Below, in pieces: positions 1 to 12,290 of a stretch of 64,000 nucleotides of DNA. Position 1 is the first letter of the stretch. Each line of letters begins with the position of its first letter. The translations under genes were made by a program, and so were the position numbers. Below the pieces are notes generated by a model. The model made no database searches. It had not been told where the DNA came from and saw only the letters and a program-made list of their open reading frames with translations. The DNA is taken from contig NW_024704743.1 in NCBI RefSeq assembly GCF_018977255.1, positions 102,798,001-102,862,000 on the forward strand. Direction: 5' to 3'. The stretch is from Callorhinchus milii. Its lineage: Eukaryota.

Positions 1-169
1 CAACCTGCACAGTGCTCCTTAACAAAAGATAAACCATTATCAGAGCCAGTCAGGAATGCAGAAACACTAACTTAAACCTATACCCTAATACAGTAGAAGT
101 CCTGCTATATTGATGCTTTATTTATAAGACAGGCATGTGTGCACCTGTGTGCTCCGCTTTCCTCTCCTC

Positions 170-2648
170 ACTGTCCTTCTGCTCAGAATGCCTGCTCATA
201 ATGGGCCACTTCAACCTCACCTAAACTCCCCTTGCACCACATCCTCAGATTTCACTGCCCTTCCCTCCTCCCTAAACCTCACCCTCCACATCAACTCGCC
301 GACCCACAACCGTGGCCACCCCTCAACCTCATCATCACACATGCCCTCAACATTTCCAGCCAGTGCATCACGGACAAGACCATTTCAGATAATTTCCTCA
401 TCTACTTCTCCTCTCGCATCTCTCTCACGTCCATCAAGACCGCCCATTGAAAAGGCTTCCCCCCCGAGACCCTCATAAAGGCCCTCTCATCCTCAGACCT
501 CCTATCACTCTGGCCTGCCACCTTCAGTGACCATGACGCAGCCGTCAATTACTCCAAAATTCTATTCTCCACCACCCACCACCTCCACCTTCAACTCCCT
601 CGTCCCCTTGAAATCCAGGACTGTGTCCACACCCACCCATTCCCCCGGTACAACAGCGATCTCCGCTCCCTAAAATCCCAAACCTGGTTGCTCATGCCCT
701 GATGGCAGAAGACCAGCCTCATGGTTCACCACCAGTTGTGGCTCGAGCAGCTGCACACCTACCGCCGCTACCTGTCGCAAGCAAAAACTGCGCACTACTC
801 AACCATCTTACTGGAAGCCAACAATAATTCCAAAATCCTATTCTCCACTGGCCACCACTTCCTCCATGCACCCCCTCAAGCACCCTCAATCATCACATCT
901 AACCTCTGCCCCATGTTGCCTACCATCACCCCCATTCCATCTCCCATACCCACCCCATACTTAGCTTCTACCACGGCCCCCATTTTACATTCATTTGCCC
1001 CCATCTCTCCTTCCTCCCACTCATCTACCATCACTACAATGAAACCCACCACCTGCTGCCTCACACCCCCTCCCCAGCCAACTGCTGATCACCCAGCTCT
1101 CCCTCCTCTGTCCACTAGCGGCAGACACTATTATCAAGTCTCTCTCCTCAGGATCAGTCCCACTCGCCCTCAAAACCGCGGCCATCACCCCACTGTTTAA
1201 AAAACCTACCCTTGATCCCTCCAACCTCGGCCACTACCGCCCTATCTCAAACCTGCCCTTCCTTGCCAAAGCTCTGGAACACATTGTTGCCAACCAACTT
1301 CGCGCATGCATCTCCCTCCACACCTTACTCGAACCCCTCCAGTCTGGTTGCCGCCCTGCCCACAGTACAGAGACAGCGCTCGTGAAGGTCACTAACGATA
1401 TCCTCTCTATCTGTGACCAGGGCTCCCTCTGCCTCCTCGTCAGCCTGGACCTCTCCACCTCATTCGACACAGTCGATCATGCCATCCTCCTACACCACTT
1501 GTCATCCATCATCCACCTCAGTGGGACTGCACTCACTTGGTTTGAGTCCTAACTTAGAAATCATCAGAGCTACATTTCTGCAAATGGCTTTTCTTCGCGC
1601 TTCCGGTCACCTGCGGGGTACCCCAAGGATCCATCCTTGGCCCCCTTCACTTCTTCATCTATATGCTCCCTCTCGGTGATGTCATCCACAGGCACAGAGT
1701 TAACTTCCACATGTACGTGGATGACATTCCACTCTACTTTCCACCTCTAGCTGCGACGCCCAGTCCCCTGATGTCCTGTCAGCTTGTCTGTCAGACATCA
1801 AGAGCTGGATGAGTGCAAATTTCCTGCAGTTAAACATCAAAAGACGGAAGCCATACTCTTTCGCTCCCGTCAATGTCTTCTGTCCCATGGTTCTGAACTC
1901 CTCAACCTACCCGACCTGTCCTTAAAACTCTCTGAACCCATGCGCAACTTAGGCATCAGGTTCGATCCCCAGTTATCTTTCTTCCCCCAGATCCGGTCCC
2001 TGACTTCTACCTCCACCACATTGCCCGTCTCCGACAATATCTCACCCCAAAGCTGCTGAAACCCTTGTCCATGCCTTTTTCACCTCTCGGCTGGGCTACT
2101 CTAATGCTCTCCTCACCGGTCTTGTCTCCTCCACTATTCACACAATTCAGCGCATTCAAAACTCTGCTGCCCACATTCGCATCCGCACCAAACTCCGTAC
2201 CCTGATTACTCCAGTCCTTGCCAAACTCCACTGACTCCCTGTCACAGAGCAGATCGACTTCAAGATCCTCACTCTAGTGTTTAAATCCCTCCATTCCTTG
2301 GCACCCCCTTATCTCTCTAACCTCCTCACTCCCCACAGCAGTACCCGCTGCCTCCGCTCTACTGGGTCCGGCCTCCTCCGCATCCCTGAATTCTCCGCTC
2401 CACCATCGACGGCCGTGCCTTCAGCCACCAACCCTGAAAGTTTGGAACTCCCTCCCTCAACTCCTTCGCCTTGCCCCCTCCTTCCCCATCTTCAAGTCAC
2501 ACCTGAAGACCTTACTTTTCAACTGCGCCTACTGTCAACTTCCCCCTCCCCTTCCCTCGGCTCTGCCTTGGGTTCCATCCTTATTAACCACTCTGAGATG
2601 CGGCCCGGCATGGAGGGTGCTGTATAAGTGCAGGTTGTTGTTGTTGTA
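170..2648 (+). mobile_element. L2-clade LINE, 5'-truncated and decayed ORF2 (reverse transcriptase) with 3' tail
   Basis: Frame-broken RT motifs [42 protein letters not shown] and HMY.DD. C-terminal LHSLAPPYLSNLL; 3' (GTT)n tail at ~2635-2647. The 5' boundary is approximate. Confidence 0.9.
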
Positions 2649-2894
2649 ACCAGCATCCCGAGTGCTATAAAATAGTCCAGGCATCATTTCCAGTGTGCTA
2701 TGGAGATATCGGCCATTATGTAGCGGTGGAAGCTATCGGCTTTCTGGGGGAATACACAGTGACATACCTGTCATTTGGTGACTTCACATTGTGAAAACCC
2801 TGAGCTGGTACAACACCCCGTAATGAGGCACGATGGAATTTTATGTTATTTCAACAATGTTCTAACTACAGTATATTGGTAATTTATGTAGATT

Positions 2895-3145
2895 GACAAA
2901 CCATGCAGCACTGAAACAGGCCATTTGGTCTACCTAGCTTGTACTGGTGTTTACATTCCCCACTCTGCTGCCTCCCATATGCTTCTCCCTCATCTGTATA
3001 TGTAGCTTTCTCTTAAATGCATCTATACTATCTGTTTCATCCACCGCTTCGGGCAGCGAGTTTCACATTCTCACTATACTCCATGCAATGAAGTTACTCC
3101 TAAATTCCCTTTTAAATCCCGTAGTCACTATCTTATATTGATTAC
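2895..3145 (-). mobile_element. Old CR1-clade LINE 3' fragment
   Basis: GCAGCACTGAAACAGGCCATTTGG... resembles the 3' end of the CR1 at 15457 and a similar piece near 44350. Confidence 0.55.
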
Positions 3146-3901
3146 AGACTCACCAAGCTCTTAAAGGAGGCCTGCAGTTTCACCGTGTCCTCTCCCAGAA
3201 ATCTAATGCCCAAGCTTTGATGAAAATGACTCCCCCTGAGTACGTGTATTTCAAACATGGGTGATAATATATACACATCTATATTCCTGCCTGCAATTGA
3301 TAATTTACTTTCTCGTTAGTAGTCACATGTTTAAAAATCATTCATTTAGAGAACTTAAAAATGAGGAACATATCAACGTATATGCTAATCATATGCTAAT
3401 AATTCCACTCTCTAATCCTTAACAGTTATCAGTCATTTAAATGTCAGCGCAAGGTTACAAGAAATTATGAGTTAAGCATGTGTTTACAAAAGACTGCTGC
3501 CTCGGGCAGCTACCAGGCTCATGTGAATCATTTATCTTTGGTGCTGAAGTTGTCATTTTGTGAAATAGTATTGCCATTATTCTATAGAGCAGAGTAATGA
3601 AACATTAAAAAAAAGGCAAAGAACAGCACATTTTTAACAAATAATTTAAGCGGAAGAGAGAAATAACCTCACTTCACAGCTTTCGCATTTTCGTCCCCAA
3701 AAAATAAAATGGGATTTTAAAGCACGAGTCACATTCACATAAATGTGAGGTGACCTCAGTGAAGTAGAAATGTGGTGCATCCATCAAATTTCTCCTGCTA
3801 TATTGCAGGAAGGGGTGGCAGGAAGAAGCAAGCTTGCTTCCAACTATCAGCGATAGATCAGGAATGAATGTCAGTTCAGTCTAATAAAAGGGTTTCATTA
3901 T

Positions 3902-4077
3902 CTGCCTTCAGCTCCCCTCTCGACTCTCTACCCCATCCTCGCTCCCTCCCTTCCCTCCCCTCACCCTGACCATTTCCCCCTGCTCGGGTCCTGACCCAAC
4001 TGTCCAGCGCCTTGTGACATCCTCCTGACGTGAAAGGCGCTCTATAAATGCAATCTTGTTGTTGTTGTTGTTGTTGT
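3902..4077 (+). mobile_element. Young L2 3' end
   Basis: GCCTTCAGCTCCCCTCTCGAC...CAGCGCCTTGTGACATCCTCCTGACGTGAAAGGCGCT followed by (GTT)n; same subfamily as 55793-56335. Confidence 0.85.
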
Positions 4078-5159
4078 ACTCTGTTTTAAGCCTTTAAAGC
4101 CAAATTAATTAGCATGTCAATATCAAGGAACAAGATGGACAATTGACTGTTGGGAGGACGCTGAAACAATTCTATGTTTTGGGAGAGAGAGAAGGGATGG
4201 AGAGATATAATGAGCAGGATATGGCAAATGTTCTGCATACCTTTGAACATCTTTTCATCATTGCGATAAGTGTCACGATACCACCAAGACTTTTGTATAT
4301 ATCTATTGGATTTTTAAGGTTTGCCCCTCTATGCAAATATTTTTAGCAGAAAAAATCATTTCCAGATTTTTGGGGGACTCCATTACTTTTAGCTGTGCAG
4401 CTATGATCCCCCAAATTATCCTATGTCCAGTACACAAGAGGATGTCCAACATAGAGCTGATAAAACCAACATTTCACAATAATAGTTATCCCTTGAAAAA
4501 TAAAAACAATCAACACAATACAACACAATTTATGCTTATATAGCAACTTTCATGTTGGCAGGTTATCTCTCAGTGCTAGCTGGATACCCGCACTGGGAGT
4601 GGGATCTGCAGAGGATGGGGAGGAGAACGATGACCAAGAGCCAAAGGTCAAAGAGATACATTCTGAGATGGTCCTTAAATGAGGGGATGATGGCAGTGAG
4701 TCAGAGGGACTCAGGGACCAAGTTTCAAGAGCAGGAACAGAACAGCTAACAGATCGCCCGGTAATAGTTTGGTGGATAGTAGTGTTAAAGTGGCGTAAGA
4801 TAGGCTGTTTCTTACAAGTGAATGGTGAATTGTTTGAGGTTGTTCAGGTTTGGTTCCTTCAGTGAGTTAATACACACTAAATTGAGTAGTTTCCCAAGTC
4901 CTTCAGGACTATAGTTAACTACAGGAACGCACAAAACCCATTACAGTAAAAATTAATAAACTAACCTATCCAATGTATCTCTTAGATCCCTCAATCAGTA
5001 TCTTCACCAAAGAGTTATCCAATTCCCTCTTGAATTTGCTGAGACAAATTGCCTCTAGCATCACCAGCCTGGGAAGTCTATTCTGCATATTCGCCATTCT
5101 CTGTAACCTAACTGAATCTGAATTCTCTATTCAGTTTCCTTATTCTTAAGCCCGTATCT

Positions 5160-5460
5160 AGAGTCCTGTAGCTCAGTGTTCAGCGCACTCGCTTTGCAAG
5201 CGAGAGACCTGAGTTCAATTCCAGGCAGGGTGAAACCTTGGGCAAGTTTCCTTACTCCACACGCCTAATAATAATCCCTCCAAAACAAAAAACAATAACA
5301 AATTGGTCATTTTCAATCTACGACTGTTTGTCGGACATTGCTGTGTGCAATTGGCTGCCGCGTTTGCCCACAAATATACAGTAAATTCACTTTACAGTAT
5401 GTTCTGTGAAGCGCTTTGGGACGTCTAGAAGACGTGAAAAGCGCTTTATCAAATGGAAGG

Positions 5461-5491
<31 letters not shown>
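5160..5491 (+). mobile_element. tRNA(Ala)-headed Deu-domain SINE, short subfamily, full length
   Basis: A-box TAGCTCAGTG, anticodon arm CTCGC-TTTGCAA-GCGAG, B-box GTTCAATTCC. Deu-like core TGCTGTGTGCAATTGGCTGCCGCGTTT, L2-like stem-loop tail and (ATT)n. Candidate TSD TATCT. Confidence 0.9.
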
Positions 5492-5492
<1 letters not shown>

Positions 5493-5509
5493 CTGTATCC
5501 CTTCTTCTA

Positions 5510-5680
5510 CATAACATAAGAACATAAGAAATGCTAGACCAAAAAATACCAAGGTCCATCTAGTTCGCCTGCCACCTTCCTAGTGGTTGCAGGCATATAT
5601 GTCCTGCACGACCTATGCACTATTTCCCATAATGTTATTTCCTAAAAGAAAACTATCTAATCTGTGTTTGAAAAATTCCT
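5510..5680 (-). mobile_element. CR1-clade 3' end with (TTCTTATG)n tail
   Basis: CATAAGAACATAAGAAATGCTAGAC...GGTCCATCTAGTTCG; sister copies at 14782-14950 and (plus strand) 47660-48130. Confidence 0.7.
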
Positions 5681-5940
5681 CTATATCTTTTTAATCACAT
5701 TAAGCATATTATTACTTTTCAAACCAATGTGTTTTATTTCATTCAGTAGCAGTCGAAATGTTTAATGGGTCATTATGTTTTGATTTACTGGAGATGTAAA
5801 AGACGCTGTATAAAAAGGATCATTATTATTTGTAATAAAATGATTTTTTTTGTGTTCAACCTAAACCGCAATGTGTTGGCATCTAACCAGAACATGCATT
5901 ATATGCAATTCAGCAAATAGTAAAACGTAGTGAAACTTAC

Positions 5941-6057
5941 CAAACTCTCTCGGGACAGAGATAGAGTAAATGCAATTGTGCCCAATGCTGTAGTTTCTGG
6001 GGTAATTTGGTGACAACACGGTACCATCAGAACCTGTAGATCGGCTTCCACATGGAG
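5941..6057 (-). CDS. CSMD3: CSMD3 exon, 117 nt; start of a CUB domain (APCGSRSTGSDGTVLSPNYPRNYSIGHNCIYSISVPREF)
   Basis: Acceptor tttttcag|CT, donor TTTG|gtaagt; phase 1-1. The next expected exon (VVFGQF...) was not found in 1-5940, so the gene continues beyond the window. Confidence 0.96.
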
Positions 6058-6150
6058 CTGAAAAAGACATTTGTGTTTTGCAAATATTAATCATAACTGA
6101 AAAATGTTACTCCAAATATGAACAATTTGATGGCTAAATGATGTGTTAAA

Positions 6151-6430
6151 TTCACATCTTCTACATGCCTCAAAGCGCTTCACAGAATATCCTTTGAAGT
6201 GAATTGCTGTATATTTGTGGGTGAATCATGGCAGACAATTGCGCACAGCAGTGTCCCACAAACAGTCATGGACTGAAAATGACCAATTTATTATTGTTTT
6301 TTTGTTTTGGAGGGATTATTATTAGGCGTGTGGAGTAAGGAAACTCGCCCAAGGTTTTGCCCTGCCTGGAATTAAACCCAAGTGTCTCGCTTGCAAGACG
6401 AGTGCTCTAACCACTGAGCTGCAGGACTCC
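6151..6430 (-). mobile_element. tRNA(Ala)-headed Deu-domain SINE, short subfamily (tail end lost)
   Basis: Reverse complement begins GGAGTCCTGCAGCTCAGTGGTTAGAGCACTCG and is colinear with 5160-5450. Confidence 0.9.
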
Positions 6431-8959
6431 ATATACCAGGTTTACAGATCTACATCACGCCACTCTTGGTACTGAAACAGTTTTGCTATCCAATAGTACA
6501 AACACACACTTGAAAAACAACCTGGGTATAGTGCCCTCAAATAGGGCCAAGCCAAGTAATACAAGTCGGAGGTTACTTCAACTAGTCATTCAAAAATCCA
6601 AACTTAAGAAAAAACACGACTCTGAAATCTCTACTGAATTAAAGATGTTGATACTCAAAAATAGCTGTGCAGCAATGTATCATTTCAGCTGTTCTTCAAG
6701 ATGCACTGGCTGACATGATCTGTCCTGTTTGTACAGGTATGCAGAGATTTACTTGGTTCCGTTATACCAAATGTCTCGTTTCCATTCTCGTTAGTCTTCC
6801 GCTAATACCTTCAATTCTATTCTAACCTGGAGGAGCATATCTATCCTACTATGCTCCTCCAGCATCCAGTAGAAATATTAAGGTGTAAGGGAAAAGAGCT
6901 GGAAATAATGATAATAAAAATCCTTGCATTTGATATAACTTTTTTCAGGTTGGAGGATCTTTCAAAGTGCTTCGCAGGATATACTGCAAAGCAGTGACTG
7001 CGTATTTTTTTAAAAATTAAGGAACTACTTCGAAAAAGAGACAAAGACACAATGGGTCACAAAAACTTTCGTATGTCTATGGTACACACACAAGCAGTGA
7101 ATTACCTGCTTTGGCCTGTGCTGCACAAAAAGGCAGTGATTTATTTGGGTTGGTCTATGCTGCGTAGACCGCCAGTAGTTGTCATGCTCCACTCTCTATT
7201 GAGCACACACTGCAATATCAGGTTGCCCCAGGTAGCTGTATTCTAAATGGGAAAGTAATTGAATCTAACATCACAATGCAATGGGTCAGGATAATTGTAT
7301 TGGAGTGAGTTCTGCAGCAGTGGAGGCGATTCCTCACTGCGAGGAGCATTTGAAACACATTAGTTTCTAACAGCACATTGTAGAATTACAAGGCCGAACT
7401 TAATATGAGGAGAACATTTGTTAAAACTAATGCTAACACATTTCTTCCAATGCGATAGAATATAGCAGTACTAAAAATGAATATTAAACTTGAAACCATT
7501 CTGCACAAATAACCTACTTACTCATCAGCTCATGAGTTACTGTTTCACTGATCTGGAAGACCCAAGATGATATATTTTAGAACATCACACTCAACCCACA
7601 TTTACCAGCTACTAAATCAAGAAGAAGCCTGTACTGTCCTTCCTGCAATACAAATCTTGATTGCTATGATTATAGTTTTATTTAACCCTTTTCTATTTCA
7701 AAAGCTGAACACTTGATTATTGATGATCTATGTGCCTTCCTTTGGGACAGTTTTCTATTGTCCCAATTACAAAGGACTGTGTAATGGCATTGAGAGGCAT
7801 CATTGTCAGTAAAATCCTTGGTCTACATCTGGGGCTCGTTTTATCAGATTGAAAACTAATTGCAGGGTCCCTCAAATTCCCCCAAGGTAAGTTCAGATCT
7901 TCAATGATGCTAAGAGCTGGTAATTCAATGTTCATTTTGCCAATATTGGGAACTGGTTCAACTCATCAGTTAATATGATATACAGATTTCTTTAAAAAGA
8001 TTCCTGGGTAAAACAAAACAATTTTGGCAGGAGTTTTTGTGGTAGGCCAGATTGAGGCATCTGTTGCATTCCACTCTTTTATTTTCAATCAAGGAAATAC
8101 TTTGTTCTTAACGTTGAGTAAATAAATGAGTAAGGAACTTGGGTTTTAGGATGACTTCTCATGCTGAAATGGGTCAAAGATAATGACTTAATGCACATGG
8201 ACCAGACTTGCTAGGTCCCCAGATAGTTCCAGATATTTTATGATGCTAAGAGCTACTGATTGAATTGTCATTTTTTTCCTCAGAAGCAGGTGAATGACCA
8301 GTTAATAGACAATTGCATGAGGTGAATGACCAGTTATTCTTGTAATTATTTGTCATACACCATTAAAACCTCACTTTTTTTAAAGTAGAGTTTCACTATC
8401 TCCAAGGACCAACTGAATAAGCAAATAGGATCTTGGTTTATCTCAACTGAAATTAAGTGCTTCTCCCAGGCCTACATTGGAACATCAGCCTAGACTTTGA
8501 GTTTCATGTGTGGCTTGAACCTACAATGTACTGACCTGTAAATGGGAGTGCTACCATATGAGCTAAGACTGACATCTATAAGTTAGAAACAATAAATCAT
8601 TGTAACAACAAATAAAGTAGTTGTATGTTTATATACATATATATGTATTAAAAAAATTGAACATTAGGTTTATGCTCATCCCATCACAGTTTCTAAACTT
8701 ATTTTGTTTCTGAGGATGATGCACAGGGGATGACGCTTTCAACGAGAGGAACTGGAGCCAATGCAGGGCAACAAGACACCAGATTTTAACACCAGTTACA
8801 GAAACAGCAAGAGGATGATATCTCCTGTCAGGAGAACAGCATTTCTCATGTTCACTTGGTTCAGACATTGTTTTAAATTTTAAGATTGTGTAGAATTTTG
8901 AGTACAGCCCTAAATTCAGTCGTGATTTGAAAGCCGATAATCCATATCACCTATGACTT

Positions 8960-9885
8960 TACAACAAAAACAGCTTGCATTTATATAGTGCCCTTCACAC
9001 CGGACAACATCTTGGAGCGCTTAACAGTGGCAGAGCCTGATGCCGAGCCGGGGGAAGGTGACTGTAGGCACGGTCGAAGAGGAAGGTCATCAAGCGCATC
9101 CTGAAAATGGGGAGAGAGGGGACAAGGTGAAGGGATTGAGAGAGAGAGAGTTCCACAGCTTCAGGGCATAGTAGCGGAAAGCTTGGCCAACGATGCTGAG
9201 GTGGAGCATCCGAGGGACAAGGAGGAGGCCGGAGCCAGTTGAGCAGAGGCAACGGGTAGTGATGTAGGGAGAGGGCAAGGTGGAGAGATAGGGGAGTGCC
9301 AGCTTGTGAAGGGATTTAAATACAAGAATGAGGATCTTGAAATCGATCCATTTTGTGACAGGGAGCCAATGAAGTTTGAGAAGGACTGGGATAATGGAGT
9401 TTAGTGCGTGTGAGAATTCAGGCAGCGGAGTTTTGAATGAGTTGAATTTTGTGAATAGAGGAGTAGGGGAGACTGGTGAGCAGGGCGTTTGAATAGTCGA
9501 GGCAGGAGGTGACGAAGGCGTGGATGTCTGTTAGACAAGCTGACAGAATATCGGTGGACTAGGAGTCACAGCTGGAGGAAGCGAAGTAGATGTGTGTATC
9601 GTCTGCATACATACGGAAGTTTACCTCATGTCTGCGGATGACATCGCCAAGAGGGAGCATATAGATAAGAGGGAGGAGGGTGGCAAGAATGGAGCCTAAG
9701 GGATCCACACAGAAGAAAAAATATTTGCTGAGATGAAGTGCTGGCTATTGGTTAAGTAGGAATCGAACCATGCGAGTGCGGTCCCACTAGGATGGATGAA
9801 GGAGTAGAGGCAGTAGAAGAGGATGGTATGGTCGACTGGGTCGAATGCAGTGGAGAGGTCCAGGAATATAAGAAGAGGGAGCCAT
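8960..9885 (-). mobile_element. L2 LINE fragment with internal deletions
   Basis: Minus-strand RT pieces (LDLSTAFDPVDH, FRMYADDT) and an L2 3' tail. Confidence 0.85.
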
Positions 9886-10009
9886 CGTCTCAGAGATAGA
9901 CAGGTGCACACAATGGAGTAAAATGCAGAATATTAAATATCTCTGATTAGATGTGGATTTTTAATGTTGTGTTCATTTGAAGCGATGAAGGAATTGCTTT
10001 TCAATAGCA

Positions 10010-10445
10010 GTTACATAACACCTTTCACATCAGGAGGACTCTCAAAGTGCTGAACAGGGCCAATTGCAACACAGCACTGGGGTTTCGGGGGGGAGGGAGG
10101 ACATAGCTGAGGAAGGTAGGGGGAAATGTGATCAACATCATGGTTGAAAAGAAACGTCTTAAGGTACGTTTTAAGAGTGAGGAGGGATGGGATGAGGTGG
10201 AGGGACGCTGGTGGAGTCCTAGATAGTAGGGGCAAAATGGCTGAAAGCTCACCCATTGATAGTGGAGTAGATTGGGCAAGGGTAGTGATGTAGGGAGAGG
10301 GCAAGGTGGAGAGATAAGGAAGTGCCAGCTTGCGAAGGGCCGGTGTTCACTAAACAGACAGACTTGCAAGCTTGGTAAGGGTGTAACAGGTCGCATAGGT
10401 GGGTTGGTGACATGTTGGGGTTTAAACGCAAGGATGAGGATATTA
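10010..10445 (-). mobile_element. Degraded L2 3' fragment
   Basis: LKTYLKTFLF-type C-terminus and tail stem-loop remnant. Confidence 0.7.
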
Positions 10446-10765
10446 TTTAAATCTTAATCTTTACTTTAAAAGTACACACTCACTTTCAGGTTAAAGCAAT
10501 ATCTTGACAGAGTCCCTATATTTTATTTACTGAGAAAACAGTAATTAGCTGGTGCAGAAGCTAATATTTGCCACAAGATGTCACAATTTCTTGAAAGTAA
10601 TTCCTGTGCTGTAACTCATTACTAATGTATAATATTGGCACATCATTTCAGTCAGTTGATAATACATCACCTTTTCCAAAAAAAATGATTATCTGAACAT
10701 CCTTAGTAAACTGATTGGATGAAGAAAGGTTTAAATAATGTATTAGCCCGTGCTTTTCATCTAGA

Positions 10766-11172
10766 GGTGTCAGCCTGGTTCAGTTGGTAGGACTCTCTCC
10801 TCTGAAGCAGAAGATTGCAGGATCAAGCCCCACATCGGGACTTTGAGCTCTTAAAGTCGAATACTGCAGTGTAATGCTGAAGGAAATCTGTATTGCCAGA
10901 GGTGCCATTCTTTATATCAGATAGTAAAGCAAGATCGTGTCTGCCTGTTCAGGTAGATATTAAAGATGCTATGGCACTTTTCAAAATCTCCAAGATAAAA
11001 TTAGTCATTAACTTTGTGGCTGTTTGTGGGACATTGCTATGTGCAAAATGGCTGCCTCATTATCATACAAAATACAAGCAGGGCACTTCTCAATAAATCC
11101 TGTGAAACAGTTTGACACTTTGTCCTCCCAACATAGAACGCGCAATATCAAATGCAAAGATCATTATGATTT
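10766..11172 (+). mobile_element. Older tRNA-headed Deu-domain SINE (second family)
   Basis: Head GGTGTCAGCCTGGTTCAGTTGGTAG and core GCTGTTTGTGGGACATTGCTATGTGCAAAATGGCTGCC. Related copies at ~8270-8575(-), 30093(+), 37130-37557(-), 39400-39840(-) and 60190-60298(-). Confidence 0.75.
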
Positions 11173-11774
11173 TGATCTGAAAGTCTATCCACTGTTATGG
11201 AATGCAAATAACTATGAAACATCAACCTTTAGCAGTAAGATAATTTTGTCTTTCTGGCAGTGTTGCTCAATACTGACTCAAGATTAATCGCTTTTCCTTT
11301 TTTCCTCCCATGGCTGAATAATATGTATCCTGGTGAGTTAATGGAAGACAAAGTCAGTTTCAGATCAAATTTCTGACTGTGTCCCATTTCGTTCACAAAT
11401 CTTACAATTCAAATGAATTCTTCAAAGAGTATGCTTGCTATAGGAGTTGTCAGCCTAGATTTAGAAGCAATGGTCAAATTGATCAAATTCTTTGAGATGG
11501 TAACTAAAACAATGGATGATAGTTCTCCAGTAGTAACAAACTATTTGATTTTTTTCAGAAAGTACTTAACCAAGTCCCCTAAGTGAGACTTCAATAAGGC
11601 TGATCCATCGATTGCCAGAAAGGACATAAATATTTTGATGTCTCTGGACTGACTGGTTCTGTACATTTTGAAGTTGAAAAAAGCAAAAGTTTGAACAAAA
11701 AGTAACTAAATATGTGACTAAATAAGCATTTTTCTTCTATTTCTACAAACTGGCCGTGCATGTGAAAACCTTTC

Positions 11775-12290
11775 CCCTTTTGCAGATGATACAGAACTCT
11801 GCAGCTTGTGTCCACTCCTGCACCAGGGTCCAGGAACCTATCACCCCCGTTCTTGCTCGGCTTTGCTGGCTCCCCATCCTTCAGAGAATCAAGTACAAAA
11901 CTCTCATTCTTACCTTCAAGGCCCTTCACGGTCTTGCTCCCCCATACCTCTCCGATCTCATAACCCCATATCAGTCTGCCCACTCCCTCTGCCTCAGGTC
12001 CCCTGTACTTCCTGCCCACCGTCGGCGGTCGGGCATTCAGCATCTCTGCCCCCACATTCTGGAACTCTATCCTGCAATCCCTCTGCCTCACCTCCTCTCT
12101 TGCCTCCTTCAAGTGCCATCTGAAGACTTTCCTCTTTGACTGTGCCTTCGGCCAGCCTCCCACTTCATCCTGCCCTCCTCCCCTTTGACCCCAACTCCCA
12201 GCTTGGGTTCAAAAACCCTTCAATGTCCACCGCCCTGAAATGTCTTTCCAATGTGAAGGGTGCTATACAAGTGTAATTTGTTGTTCTTTT
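11775..12290 (+). mobile_element. L2 3' fragment
   Basis: QMIQNSAA...WLPILQRIKYKTLILTFKALHGLAPPYLSDL plus tail. Confidence 0.85.

Noticed and set aside
137..2627. Cluster of Pro/Ser-rich ORFs (also 58421-59791, 21411-22873)
   Set aside because: Alternative frames and broken pieces of C-rich L2 ORF2; no intact RT or host gene.
2700..2860. Minus-strand frame ...GVVPAQGFHNV with a CAG|GTATGT donor-like site, superficially like a CUB C-terminus
   Set aside because: Spacing and residues do not fit the expected next CSMD3 exons, the required intervening exon (VVFGQF...) is absent, and there is no clear acceptor.
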